Assembly (NCBI GenBank): GCA_026986785.1
Contig: JALSNW010000031.1
Location: 24,223 to 88,222 of the forward strand
DNA from: Deltaproteobacteria bacterium
Lineage (GTDB): Bacteria; Desulfobacterota; Dissulfuribacteria; Dissulfuribacterales; QOAL01
Direction of reading: 5' to 3'
DNA length: 64,000 nt
This document shows positions 27,076-37,208 of this stretch, piece after piece (position 1 is the stretch's first letter; every line of letters starts with the position of its first letter). The notes below the pieces were generated by a model. It was given only the letters and a program-made list of their open reading frames with translations, ran no database searches and was not told where the DNA came from. The position numbers were made by a program, and so were the translations under genes.

Positions 27076-29661
27076 ATGCAATACGACAAATTTACCATGA
27101 AATCTCAGGAGGCCCTACAGGAGGCCCAAAGACTGGCCCAGAGCCAGAATCATCAACAGATAGAGGTGGAACACCTTCTGAAGGTCCTTCTTGCCCAGGA
27201 AGACGGTATAGTGCCAGCCGTCTTGAAAAAAATGGGGGTTCCAGTAAAGGCCATCGAAGCCGAGATGGAAGAGGCCCTCAAAGGCCTGCCTCAGGTGACT
27301 GGTGCAGGTGGACAGATCTATCTGTCTCCCAGTCTCAATGAGGTCCTCCAAAGGGCCTTTACAGTGGCATCTGACATGAAAGACGAGTACGTGAGCCAAG
27401 AACATCTGGTCCTGGCCATGATAGAGACAGGCGGTTCAAAGGCTGCCCAGTCTCTTGCTGCCCACGGTGTTACAAAGGATGCCTTCCTGAAGGCCCTCGT
27501 GACTATCAGGGGGACTGAACGTATTACAGACCAAAACCCTGAGGAAAAATATCAGGCCCTTGAAAAATATGCTCGGGATCTTACTGACTTGGCACGCTCT
27601 GGAAAGCTGGACCCCGTGATCGGAAGGGATGAAGAGATCAGGCGTGTAATGCAGGTCCTTTCCCGACGCACCAAGAACAACCCGGTCCTTATCGGCGAAC
27701 CTGGCGTTGGAAAGACTGCCATAGTGGAGGGCCTTGCCCAGAGGATAGTGGCAGGCGACGTCCCTGAGACCCTCAAGAACAGACGTATAGCAGCCCTCGA
27801 CATGGGTGCCTTGATAGCAGGTGCCAAGTACAGAGGTGAGTTCGAGGAAAGACTCAAGGCGGTCTTGAAAGAGGTTGCAGAAAAGCAGGGCGAGGTCATC
27901 CTCTTTATAGATGAGATCCATACCCTGGTAGGGGCAGGGGCTAGTGAGGGGGCTATGGATGCCTCCAACATGCTGAAACCTGCCCTGGCAAGAGGGGAGC
28001 TCCACTGTATAGGGGCTACCACCATCGATGAGTACAGGAAATATATAGAAAAGGATGCAGCCCTGGAGAGACGTTTTCAACCAGTACTCGTGGAAGAGCC
28101 ATCTGTTGAGGATACCATAGCAATTCTCAGGGGCCTCAAGGAAAAATATGAAGTCCATCATGGCGTGAGGATCAAGGATTCTGCCCTTGTAGCTGCTGCC
28201 ACGCTATCCCATCGCTATATCACGGATCGCTTCTTACCTGACAAGGCCATTGATCTCATAGACGAAGCTGCGGCAAAACTCAGGATAGAGATCGATTCCC
28301 TCCCCACTGAGATCGATGAGATAGAACGAAAGATCATGCAGCTCGAGATAGAAAGAGAGGCCTTGAAGAAGGAAAGCGATCCTGCATCCCAGGAGAGGCT
28401 TTCCAAGATAGAGGAGGAGCTTGCAAATCTGCGCGAGGAAAGTGATGCCCTCAAGGCCCGCTGGAAAGAGGAAAAGGGCATGATACAGCGCATCAGGGAT
28501 ATAAAAGAGCAAATAGATAAGCTCAAGGTAGAGGCAGAGCAGAAACAACGCCTGGGAGATCTGAACAAGGTTGCCGAGATCCTCTACGGCGAGATTCCTA
28601 AGCTGGAAAAGGAGCTCGAGGAAGAACAGAAGAGACTGGATGAATTCCAGAAAAACGGCAAGAGTATGTTAAAAGAAGAGGTAGACGCAGAGGACATTGC
28701 GGCAATCATCTCCAAGTGGACGGGAATCCCTGTGAGCAAGCTCATGCAGGGGGAAAAGGAAAAGCTCATTCACTTGGAAGAAGAGCTCGGCAAGCGCGTG
28801 ATTGGTCAGGAAAACGCTATCATCGCCGTGTCCAATGCCGTTCGAAGGGCGAGGGCAGGGCTACAGGCACCAAATAGACCAATCGGCTCTTTCATCTTTC
28901 TCGGACCGACTGGTGTTGGAAAGACCGAGCTTGCCAAGGCCTTGGCAGAATTTCTCTTCGATACAGAACAGGCCATGATCCGCATAGACATGAGCGAGTT
29001 CATGGAGAAACATGCAGTAGCAAGGCTCATCGGGGCACCTCCAGGATATGTGGGCTATGAGGAAGGTGGCTACCTCACTGAGGCAGTGAGGAGAAAGCCC
29101 TATTCCGTGGTCCTCTTCGACGAGATAGAAAAGGCCCATCCAGACGTATTCAATATCTTGCTCCAGATCCTGGATGATGGTCGCTTGACGGATGGAAAGG
29201 GAAGGACGGTAGATTTCAGGAATACCATCATCATCATGACGTCAAACGTGGGCAGTTCCCTCATACAGGAAGCCACAGATCAGGAAGAGATGGAGCGCAG
29301 GGTGATGGATAGCCTTAGGGCAAGCTTCAAACCCGAGTTCCTCAACAGGGTTGATGATATTATCATATTCCACTCCCTGGCCAAGGAACAGCTTACCAAG
29401 ATAGTGGACATCCAGATTGGCTATCTGGCCCAGAGGCTAAAGGAAAACCACTTCGAGCTCGAGGTAACCCAAAAGGCCAAAGAATGGCTGGCCGATGTGG
29501 GATATGATCCAAATTATGGGGCAAGGCCGCTCAAAAGGGCAATACAGCGCTATGTGGAAGACCCGCTTGCGCTCCAGATACTTGAAGGTGTCTTCAAAGA
29601 GGGAGACAAGATAATAGTCGATCTCGATGAAAACAATCATATAGTCTTCCACAAGGGTTGA
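27076..29661 (+). CDS. clpB: ATP-dependent chaperone ClpB
   Basis: Two AAA modules (GEPGVGKT; GPTGVGKT), a long coiled-coil M domain, and GAPPGYVG. Confidence 0.98.
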   Translation: MQYDKFTMKSQEALQEAQRLAQSQNHQQIEVEHLLKVLLAQEDGIVPAVLKKMGVPVKAIEAEMEEALKGLPQVTGAGGQIYLSPSLNEVLQRAFTVASDMKDEYVSQEHLVLAMIETGGSKAAQSLAAHGVTKDAFLKALVTIRGTERITDQNPEEKYQALEKYARDLTDLARSGKLDPVIGRDEEIRRVMQVLSRRTKNNPVLIGEPGVGKTAIVEGLAQRIVAGDVPETLKNRRIAALDMGALIAGAKYRGEFEERLKAVLKEVAEKQGEVILFIDEIHTLVGAGASEGAMDASNMLKPALARGELHCIGATTIDEYRKYIEKDAALERRFQPVLVEEPSVEDTIAILRGLKEKYEVHHGVRIKDSALVAAATLSHRYITDRFLPDKAIDLIDEAAAKLRIEIDSLPTEIDEIERKIMQLEIEREALKKESDPASQERLSKIEEELANLREESDALKARWKEEKGMIQRIRDIKEQIDKLKVEAEQKQRLGDLNKVAEILYGEIPKLEKELEEEQKRLDEFQKNGKSMLKEEVDAEDIAAIISKWTGIPVSKLMQGEKEKLIHLEEELGKRVIGQENAIIAVSNAVRRARAGLQAPNRPIGSFIFLGPTGVGKTELAKALAEFLFDTEQAMIRIDMSEFMEKHAVARLIGAPPGYVGYEEGGYLTEAVRRKPYSVVLFDEIEKAHPDVFNILLQILDDGRLTDGKGRTVDFRNTIIIMTSNVGSSLIQEATDQEEMERRVMDSLRASFKPEFLNRVDDIIIFHSLAKEQLTKIVDIQIGYLAQRLKENHFELEVTQKAKEWLADVGYDPNYGARPLKRAIQRYVEDPLALQILEGVFKEGDKIIVDLDENNHIVFHKG

Positions 29662-29686
29662 TCCCTTTTCTTTCCTCCGCTCTGAC

Positions 29687-29727
29687 CAAGGCAGGTTGTA
29701 GACGCCTACAACCTGCCTTGTTTTTTT
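29687..29727 (+). terminator. Rho-independent terminator of clpB
   Basis: Perfect 15-bp stem CAAGGCAGGTTGTAG-acgc-CTACAACCTGCCTTG followed by T7. Confidence 0.92.
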
Positions 29728-29729
29728 AT

Positions 29730-29935
29730 CCCGGATCATGTTTTTCGAATCCTGGAGAAAATAATTTTTTTGAATGATTGCATGATTGGCATGTATCTGA
29801 TCCCATTGTGTCTGGACCCAAAAGTGAAGGTCCAAATCCGTGATAAATCCCCAGGCACTTGAGTTAAAAGGGGTTTACAACCTTACCGAATCTGTTTTGT
29901 TGTGGGGCAGTTGAAGCTTCAGACCTTGCCTGGGT
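29730..29935 (+). repeat. Degenerate full-length MITE-like element
   Basis: The first ~80 nt align with 52342-52420 (TTTGAATGATTG.ATG...ATCTGATC.CATT). The middle aligns with 6095-6190, and the copy ends in ...CCTGGG. Confidence 0.7.
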
Positions 29936-30064
29936 AAGTGCTATATTTGATCTCTTCCGTTATAGTACAATCCATGATAGCCTCATTCAGATTGTATCAA
30001 ATCACTTTGCTCTGTGGTCAGAAGAACAACGAAACGTAGGCTTGCCGTATGGACAAAGATGCAT

Positions 30065-31069
30065 ATGATAAGAAACCAAATGATAAAAAGGATCCCCCTT
30101 GATCGTATCATGGCCCAGGGCTCCAGATATGCACTATCCAGAAGGTTTGAGCCTTTTGTAGAGCAGGTCTCAAGCGGTCTTGCCTTGAACCTGGATCAAG
30201 CGGGCTTGCTAATGCCGGTCTTGGCAAAGCTTCCACCAAACAACAGCCAACACCTACATTTGATCGATGGCTTCAAACGGTACCAATGGGCCTGTCGAAA
30301 AGGACTTTCAGGCATAGATGTCAAGATCCTGGCCCAGGACTTTCCTGATCTCAAGATAGCTACCTATCTTGCCCATGAGCATGCAGGAATAATTTCTTCT
30401 ACCATTGCCGCAAAGGCGTTGTTTATCACCTTCTGCTCTGGCCTTGGCCTGGAGAACGAGGACTTGATCGAGATCATCCTTCCTGCCATAGGGCTTCCTG
30501 CTCAAAGATCACTCCTTGACAAATATCGACGTATTGGGGCACTTCCACAAGAAGTGCTCTCGTTTTGCCACGAAAAATCCCTGTCGTTCAAAAGATGTCT
30601 AAACCTGACGTATCATGATCGTAAGCTCCTGGCTTGGCTCATGGGGTACAGGAATGCTCTGCATCTTACAGCTACCATCTTTCAGGAGCTCCTCGATGCC
30701 TTCGATGAGATCATGAGGAGGAAAGAAATGTCATTTCACGATCTGAAAGACACGCAGGACATCTCAAAGATATTGAAAGATGAAGCCCTCTCAGCCAGTG
30801 AAAAAACCGCTCGCCTTCGTGGCATGCTTAGGCTTTTGAGGCAACCGACCCTGACAGCAATAAATGCAGATCTCGATAAATGGAGGTGCCAAGTGGAAGG
30901 AGGTAACCAGGTCCTATCTATTGGTTGGGACAGGAGCTTGGAGTATGAGCATGTGGAGATACGGGCCAGGATCACCGATATGGCACAACTCGAGGCAGTC
31001 ATGGAGCATCTCCAGAGCGATAGAAGTCTGAGCGCTATTAACAAGATGTTGGAGAGGTTGAAGGCATAG
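30065..31069 (+). CDS. ParB/Srx N-terminal-domain protein (not canonical ParB)
   Basis: IPLDRI...GLLMPV...LIDGFKR pattern of the ParB/sulfiredoxin fold, with a helical C-terminus. The start is uncertain (30014, 30065 or 30080). Confidence 0.7.
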   Translation: MIRNQMIKRIPLDRIMAQGSRYALSRRFEPFVEQVSSGLALNLDQAGLLMPVLAKLPPNNSQHLHLIDGFKRYQWACRKGLSGIDVKILAQDFPDLKIATYLAHEHAGIISSTIAAKALFITFCSGLGLENEDLIEIILPAIGLPAQRSLLDKYRRIGALPQEVLSFCHEKSLSFKRCLNLTYHDRKLLAWLMGYRNALHLTATIFQELLDAFDEIMRRKEMSFHDLKDTQDISKILKDEALSASEKTARLRGMLRLLRQPTLTAINADLDKWRCQVEGGNQVLSIGWDRSLEYEHVEIRARITDMAQLEAVMEHLQSDRSLSAINKMLERLKA

Positions 31070-32263
31070 ATGTCCAATGTCACCTCCATCCAGAAAACCT
31101 CCTCCATGCGCCTGACAGGCATAAGCATAGAGCCTGATCTGGGCCATGAGATCGGAATAGAGCTCCCTTTGACTGGTACAGTGGCCATAGAAAAGGCAAG
31201 CTTTCCCAAGATCAAGGACTATCGTGCAGGTAAGAGACATTTACATCTCGATATCAAACGTGGAAACCTGTTTCACCTCTGTGCCTCACTGGATCCTCGT
31301 TATATTTGCTGTAGCACCCATGTGGTCGCCCATGTCAGTAACTGCCCATTTGAATGCACTTACTGTTTCCTGCAAAACTATCTCACCGATGCCACATTGA
31401 CCCTTGTGGCCGATACGGATGCCATTCTCAAAGAGGTACGCCAGATGATCCGGCAACAGCCCTGGCGTACTTTCAGGGTGGGCACCTGGGAGTTGGGTGA
31501 CAGTCTGGGCAATGAATTCATTTGCATGAGCGCAAAAAGACTTGTGGAAGGCTTCTCAGCCCTGGGCAATGCAGTGCTGAAGCTTCGTACAAAGGGGGCC
31601 CTTGTCGAGCCCCTTCTCCATGCCGATCACAAGGGGAGAACTGTCATATCATGGACTGTAAATCCACCTCAGGTGGTTGCCATGGAGGAGATAGGCACAG
31701 CCAGTATTGAAAAACGGATAACGGCCATGGCCAAGGCAGCGGATGCAGGTTATATGATAGGTCTCCATTTTGATCCCATGCTGCTTTTTGATGGTTGGAA
31801 GAATGCCTACAAGGATCTTGTCCAGGAGATCTTTTCTCGTATCAGAACATCACAGGTCTGTTGGATCTCCCTGGGATCACTGCGGTTTAATCCAGAGATG
31901 AAAAAAAAGATCGAATTGAATTATCCCCGCTCCAGGATTACTGCCCAAGAAATGGTGTTGGGAGATGACAATAAATTTCGCTATGTAAGACATGTGCGTG
32001 TCGGGATGTATCGCCACTTACTAAGGTGCCTCAAAGACGTAGGTGCGGATAGGTGTCTCATCTATCTTTGTATGGAGCGAATAAATGTATGGCGTTCCCT
32101 GTTCAAAAGGCCTCCCGAGACCATAGGAGAACTCGATTTCATGTTTGCAAGGAGCCTGAGCGAACGATTCCCCAGCCTTGGCCTGCCAGAACCTGAGCTG
32201 GATCTCTACCTAAAGGCGGCAGACAGTATCTATAAACCCGGATTATGCACTTCAAGGGCCTAA
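31070..32263 (+). CDS. Spore photoproduct lyase-like radical SAM protein
   Basis: NCPFECTYCFLQ (CxxxCxxC), ELGDSL, LRTK, HFDP, ISLGSLRF and KFRY motifs of the SPL-like family. Confidence 0.85.
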   Translation: MSNVTSIQKTSSMRLTGISIEPDLGHEIGIELPLTGTVAIEKASFPKIKDYRAGKRHLHLDIKRGNLFHLCASLDPRYICCSTHVVAHVSNCPFECTYCFLQNYLTDATLTLVADTDAILKEVRQMIRQQPWRTFRVGTWELGDSLGNEFICMSAKRLVEGFSALGNAVLKLRTKGALVEPLLHADHKGRTVISWTVNPPQVVAMEEIGTASIEKRITAMAKAADAGYMIGLHFDPMLLFDGWKNAYKDLVQEIFSRIRTSQVCWISLGSLRFNPEMKKKIELNYPRSRITAQEMVLGDDNKFRYVRHVRVGMYRHLLRCLKDVGADRCLIYLCMERINVWRSLFKRPPETIGELDFMFARSLSERFPSLGLPEPELDLYLKAADSIYKPGLCTSRA

Positions 32264-32401
32264 AAAACATCTTTTTGTATTACAGCAATGGCTCACAAGT
32301 GTGCCAAATCCACTTTGTTGTCGGACAGTTGAAGTACCAAAATATATATCCATGTCCTCTGTCTCACATCTTTGGCAAACTTGTTAGCTGTATAATTCGG
32401 G
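32237..32401 (+). repeat. MITE-like element with both inverted ends, overlapping the 3' end of the SPL-like gene
   Basis: Left end CCCGGATTATGCACTTCAA and right end GTATAATTCGGG. Positions 32290-32401 align closely with 52447-52559. Confidence 0.8.
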
Positions 32402-32444
32402 ATAAAACAAGAGCCACGGATATACACATGTCTCATAAGCAGTA

Positions 32445-33413
32445 ATGGCCCCGAGAATGCCCAAGCAGAGCCAGGAACCTTTAAAACAGCAGCCAGGAAT
32501 ACCCCTTCCTATTGATCCAGAAGGTGTGTTGTTCCCTAATCTCTGGATTGGTACTTGGAGTATGGGGGGGGAAGGTTTTGGCCCTCATGATTTGGGACTC
32601 TCTTTAAGGACCTTGGAGACGGCCTATGAACAAGGGGTCAGGCACTTTGATACTGCTGGCTTCTATGCCCAAGGTCGTTCTGAAGTACTCCTGGCAAAGG
32701 CTTTCGGCAGAGTGCGTCCCAAGGTTTTCATCTCCACGAAGGGGGGGCTTGAAAGGGTGGGGCGCAAGGTCTGGCATGATGCCAGGCCTGAGGCCTTGAG
32801 ACAGGCCCTCTTTCAAAGCCTCGATCGTCTCAAAACAGACTACGTCGATCTTTTTCAGCTACATTGGCCCGATCCAGAGACCCCCCTTGATGAATCCATC
32901 TCGGCCCTCAAGGCCTTGAAGCAGGAAGGACTCATCCGCTATTGGGGGGTTGGAAATCTTTCTGCCCACGAGGTGTTGGGATATATAGGGCCAGGTGAGA
33001 TGGCCCCTCATCAGGTCCATTTCAACCCAATTTACAGGTCTTCGTTCCAGGTCTTACAGGCAGGCAGGAGGGATTTCAGGTGCCTCAATTGTATAGTATC
33101 TCCCCTTGAGCAAGGTCTTCTTGCCTCTGGCATCTATCTGAGCAAAGAACTTGGGAAAAAAGACATAAGGCGGAGAAATCCCTGTTTCCATGACAAGGGA
33201 ATAAGAAAATGGCTTGAGGGGCTGTTTCACAGATGTAGCCTGAGGGGACTCAGCCCGGTAACTGTGGTCTTGTCGTGGATCTTGAGTCATAAAGAGGTGG
33301 ACGTAGTTATCCCTGGCCCAAGGAAGCCGGATCAGTTGGATGAGATCACGAGTTGTTTTGGCAGGTCCTATGACTCTGTCGAGCTGTCAGACCTATTTCA
33401 TGACAATGGATGA
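32445..33413 (+). CDS. Aldo/keto reductase
   Basis: GTW, FDTAGFY, STK, DYVDLFQLHWP and IPG motifs. The catalytic D/Y/K/H tetrad is present. Confidence 0.92.
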   Translation: MAPRMPKQSQEPLKQQPGIPLPIDPEGVLFPNLWIGTWSMGGEGFGPHDLGLSLRTLETAYEQGVRHFDTAGFYAQGRSEVLLAKAFGRVRPKVFISTKGGLERVGRKVWHDARPEALRQALFQSLDRLKTDYVDLFQLHWPDPETPLDESISALKALKQEGLIRYWGVGNLSAHEVLGYIGPGEMAPHQVHFNPIYRSSFQVLQAGRRDFRCLNCIVSPLEQGLLASGIYLSKELGKKDIRRRNPCFHDKGIRKWLEGLFHRCSLRGLSPVTVVLSWILSHKEVDVVIPGPRKPDQLDEITSCFGRSYDSVELSDLFHDNG

Positions 33414-33467
33414 ACTGGGTTTTTCAAAAAAACAGTCCTGTTGTAGTGTGGGGGAAAGGATAAATTT

Positions 33468-35165
33468 ATGGAAGAAGCATCCATAAGGACCAGGAGTCTG
33501 ATACTTGTATCTCCTCCCTTCATGAGGCCATTGTCTCCCCCTTTGGGGCCAGCATCCCTAAAGGCCTTTTTACACCAGGAGTTACCCATGGCAGAGGTGA
33601 AATGCATAGATCTAAATCTGGAGTATTTTTATTTGGCTCTTCAGTGGTTGGAAAGTGGTATGATAAAATTGCGCCTTTATGACTGGGATGACAAAAAGAC
33701 CGCCATAATGGTGAAAAAGGCCTTTGAATTCCTCCGCACTACTGCTCCAAGGCCTGAAAACATAGATGGATACCACAGGCAGGCCACGGTCTTTCTCAGT
33801 TTTGAGAATATCTTCAATGCATTTATATCAGAGATGGCCATTCGTTTTATCGTTGGTGCCCCAGTGCCAGCCAGTATATCTTCCTTTCTCCACAGGCTTT
33901 GTTCGACTGTCTTGGAGTCTGCTGCAGATGTGGTAGGCATCTCTGTCATGTTCGATATACAGATGCCCTTGGCCCTCCTCATGGCAAAAAAGGTAAAGGA
34001 TTCCACTGGTGCCTGGGTGATTCTCGGTGGGGCGAAATTTGGTGTTGAGCCAAGCTACCACAGGCTCTTAAGCGAGCCGGTGACCAAGAAGGTGCGGGGC
34101 ATAGAGTATAGATGCCAGCCTGCTGATTTCATAGATGGCATCATCTCGGGAGAGGGCGAGGTGGCCATCTTGCATATCTTGAGGTCCAAGAATCGATTCC
34201 AGATGGAACAGGCCCCAAATCTCAGCTTCAACAACGGCGAGCGAATAGTTCACAACAAACCTGCTGTGATAGACGACCTGGACAGGCTGCCATGTCCAGA
34301 TTTTTCCGATTTCAGTCTACAAAGATATCTTTGTCCAGAAGAGATCTTACCCCTGCTCACTGCTCGGGGTTGCCCTTGGGGAAGATGTGCATTTTGTACG
34401 CATCATCGTTCATACAAGAGGTACAGACAGCGCTCCATCCCCAATGTTGTAAGGGATTTCAAGTACCTAAGGGAGCGCTATGGTGTAAGGATATTTAATA
34501 TCTATGACGAGATGATCCCGCCGGGACGGTTCAGGGCACTTGCGAAGGAATTGATAAAAGGGGATCTTGATATCTGTTATTCGGCCTATGGAAAGCCAGT
34601 CAGGGGCTTCACCGACTCGACCTTGGGGCTTATTCGTAAATCTGGCTGTGGGTTGATTCTTTGGGGTCTGGAATCTGCCAGTCAGTCCGTTCTGGATCTC
34701 ATGAACAAGGGTACGAAGATATCCGAGGTGGAAAGGGTATTGAAGAGTTCGGCAAAACAGGGCATAAAAAATCTCGTTTTCGTCATGTTTGGTTTCCCAG
34801 GCGAGAGTGAAGCAGAATTCATGGAGACCATAAATTTCTTGGAAAAGAATAGGCCTGCCATCCATGCACTGTCAAAGGGGCTTTTTAGGCTCACCGAAGG
34901 CTGTCGTGTCCATAATGATCCAGAGGCGTTTGGGATCACAGATATAGAGGAATTAAAGGTCCAGCCCTTCAAGGCCAAGCATTTGATCTTCAATACATCT
35001 ACCCCCTTGGACCCTGCCAAGGCAGAAGGGCTTTTCAGGGCCAATCTCAGACGGATCGAGGCTATTGGCATTACATCGCGCTTTGGCACATATCGAGAGC
35101 ACCTTTTGATTTACGCCTGCCAAGAGGATAGATCCTCGTCCTTTGAGATAAAGGGACATGGATGA
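33468..35165 (+). CDS. Cobalamin-binding-domain radical SAM protein
   Basis: N-terminal PPLG..L, VGIS...ILGG and GEGE (B12-binding-like domain), followed by RGCPWGRCAFC and GLESAS..VL..MNKG. Confidence 0.88.
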   Translation: MEEASIRTRSLILVSPPFMRPLSPPLGPASLKAFLHQELPMAEVKCIDLNLEYFYLALQWLESGMIKLRLYDWDDKKTAIMVKKAFEFLRTTAPRPENIDGYHRQATVFLSFENIFNAFISEMAIRFIVGAPVPASISSFLHRLCSTVLESAADVVGISVMFDIQMPLALLMAKKVKDSTGAWVILGGAKFGVEPSYHRLLSEPVTKKVRGIEYRCQPADFIDGIISGEGEVAILHILRSKNRFQMEQAPNLSFNNGERIVHNKPAVIDDLDRLPCPDFSDFSLQRYLCPEEILPLLTARGCPWGRCAFCTHHRSYKRYRQRSIPNVVRDFKYLRERYGVRIFNIYDEMIPPGRFRALAKELIKGDLDICYSAYGKPVRGFTDSTLGLIRKSGCGLILWGLESASQSVLDLMNKGTKISEVERVLKSSAKQGIKNLVFVMFGFPGESEAEFMETINFLEKNRPAIHALSKGLFRLTEGCRVHNDPEAFGITDIEELKVQPFKAKHLIFNTSTPLDPAKAEGLFRANLRRIEAIGITSRFGTYREHLLIYACQEDRSSSFEIKGHG

Positions 35166-35464
35166 ACCGGAAAAATAGGGGAACCTTTTGGGAGGGCTTT
35201 TATTTAGTGAGAGGAGAAGAATTTAAGCCAAGGTTCCCCCTGAGTTCCAATATGTATGTGCCTCAACATGAAATTTATACATCTTTTTTGATTATTCAAG
35301 GGCGAATCCCCCAGGTCGTCGGATTATTGTCCTAAATATTGAACCCTACTGGGGCTGTTACAAGGATCTCCCCTGCCTTTAGTATAGGACAGGGGAGCCT
35401 GGAACAAAAGGGGGAATCCTTTGGGCTGATTCGGTACAATTCAGGCATGGGGACTGATTTGGCA

Positions 35465-37057
35465 TTAGAGTCTGAAACCTGTTATCTCATCTTTTAGGTC
35501 CTTGGCAAGCTTTTTCAATTGTACTGCAGAGTGTTCTACCCTTTCGGCACTCTCTGCTGTCTTGTTGCCAGCCTCTACCAGGTTGTTACTCATCTCTTTC
35601 AACTCTCCCACTTCGCGGCTTGTATCCTGGAGACTGCTGCTGATCTCAGAGGTTGTGGCTGTTTGTTCCTCCACTGCTGCAGCCACGCTGTCTGAAAAAT
35701 CTGCCACCTTCTGGATGGTCTCAACGATCTTTTCCACCGCGTCGTTTGCCTCGTCTGCACCGTTTTGGATGTTTCGAACGATCTCATCTATCTCATTTAC
35801 AGAGTCAGAGGTCTGCTTGGCCAGTTCCTTTACCTCGTTTGCAACTACTGCAAAGCCCTTGCCTGCCTCGCCTGCCCTTGCCGCCTCTATTGTGGCATTC
35901 AAGGCGAGCAGATTGGTCTGCTCTGCAATCGAGCCTATGAGGTTGCTTACATCCCCGATCTTCGAAGAGGCATCAAGCAGGCGCTTTAGCACCAGGCTGG
36001 CCCTCTGTGCCTCATTACTGGCCTCTTGGGCAGAATACTTGGTATCGTTGGTGTGCTGGCTTATCTCGCCCACGGCGCCACTTAGCTCTTCCATGGCAGA
36101 GGCCACGTTTTCCACGTTTACCGATACATCCTTGGTATAGTCGTTCATGGTCCTGGCATGGGTATCCGTCTGGGAGGCGGCAGAAGCGAGTTCTTCAGAC
36201 TGGATGGTGAGCCTTTCGGATTCCTTGGCCAGGCCATGGCCTGCCTCCTGTATGCCAGAGATAAGCTTTCTAAGGGAGGTGACCATTATCTTCACTGCGC
36301 CATAGATCCCTTTGCCCCCCTCATGTCCCTTTAGTTTTATTGAGAAGTCACCTTCTGAAATTTTTTTCGCAATATCAGCTAAATATGTAGGCTCTGCACC
36401 AAGTGAATCCATGAGGCCCTTGGTGATGACAAGGGTCACTGCGATACCGATCAAGATACCGGCAAGCAGCATGCCCATGAGAAAGATCCTGGCCTGTTTT
36501 TCTGCATTGGCCATCTCCACAGTACTTTTGCCAATCTCTTTCTGTATGCTCTGGATCACTCTGTTTATGAGCCCTCTGTTTTTGTCTCCAATGGCGTCGA
36601 GCTCGTCATCTATTTTGGCAAAGAAGGATCCATCATCCCGTCTTTCCTTGACTGCTGGTATTAATTGTTTCTCTATCAGGGAAAGGGCGGCTTGGAGGTT
36701 GGAAAGGACCTGGTCCAGGCTGCGCTTTTCAAAGGCCGTCTCTCCTATGGTCAATATCTCCTGCCTATTGGCTGATATCCATGATTTTATTTCCTGGTCC
36801 TTTTTTTCATATTCAGGCAAGATATCAGGGTTATCCTTGTCAATGATGATATCCATCCCGTTGAGGGTGATCATGGCGCTGTAATAGTCCAGGTTTTTTA
36901 TGTCAAGCATCTGTTTGTATCGTTTCTGTACTTCGTCGTCACCATTTTTCAGGAGGTTCACCTGGTAAATGGCTATGAGTGAGGCAATGAGGAAGGTAGC
37001 AATGAGCATTCCAAAGCCCAGGGCGATCTTTGTACGAATAGATAGATTTTTAACCAT
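35465..37057 (-). CDS. Methyl-accepting chemotaxis protein
   Basis: Two TM helices, a HAMP-like region, and [30 protein letters not shown]. Confidence 0.96.
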   Translation of the reverse strand: MVKNLSIRTKIALGFGMLIATFLIASLIAIYQVNLLKNGDDEVQKRYKQMLDIKNLDYYSAMITLNGMDIIIDKDNPDILPEYEKKDQEIKSWISANRQEILTIGETAFEKRSLDQVLSNLQAALSLIEKQLIPAVKERRDDGSFFAKIDDELDAIGDKNRGLINRVIQSIQKEIGKSTVEMANAEKQARIFLMGMLLAGILIGIAVTLVITKGLMDSLGAEPTYLADIAKKISEGDFSIKLKGHEGGKGIYGAVKIMVTSLRKLISGIQEAGHGLAKESERLTIQSEELASAASQTDTHARTMNDYTKDVSVNVENVASAMEELSGAVGEISQHTNDTKYSAQEASNEAQRASLVLKRLLDASSKIGDVSNLIGSIAEQTNLLALNATIEAARAGEAGKGFAVVANEVKELAKQTSDSVNEIDEIVRNIQNGADEANDAVEKIVETIQKVADFSDSVAAAVEEQTATTSEISSSLQDTSREVGELKEMSNNLVEAGNKTAESAERVEHSAVQLKKLAKDLKDEITGFRL

Positions 37058-37113
37058 CAGTTTTCTTCTCCAGTATCTTTTTGGGTAGAGGAGGTCTTTC
37101 ATCCTCAGTAAGG

Positions 37114-37141
37114 GTATCGGTTTTTGTTGGAAGAAACATGA
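37114..37141 (-). promoter_or_regulatory. Possible sigma28 promoter of the MCP gene
   Basis: Minus strand TCAT-N16-ACCGATAC, a degenerate match. Confidence 0.3.
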
Positions 37142-37208
37142 GGGTAGATGGCCCTTGTGCAAACGGTGGCTTTGGGCCTTTTGTCTTGTGATGAAAATTC
37201 GAGCCTGT

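Noticed and set aside
27436-28161. 241-aa antisense ORF in clpB
   Set aside because: It is an antisense shadow of a conserved gene and has no motifs.
30065-31069. Chromosome-partitioning parB, with the 22.9 kb parA fragment as partner
   Set aside because: It lacks GxRR and an obvious HTH, no parS was seen, and the parA relic is 7 kb away on the opposite strand.
35231-35421. 6S RNA call for the structured intergenic region
   Set aside because: The length fits, but the pairing is multibranched rather than a rod with a central bubble, so it is left unassigned.
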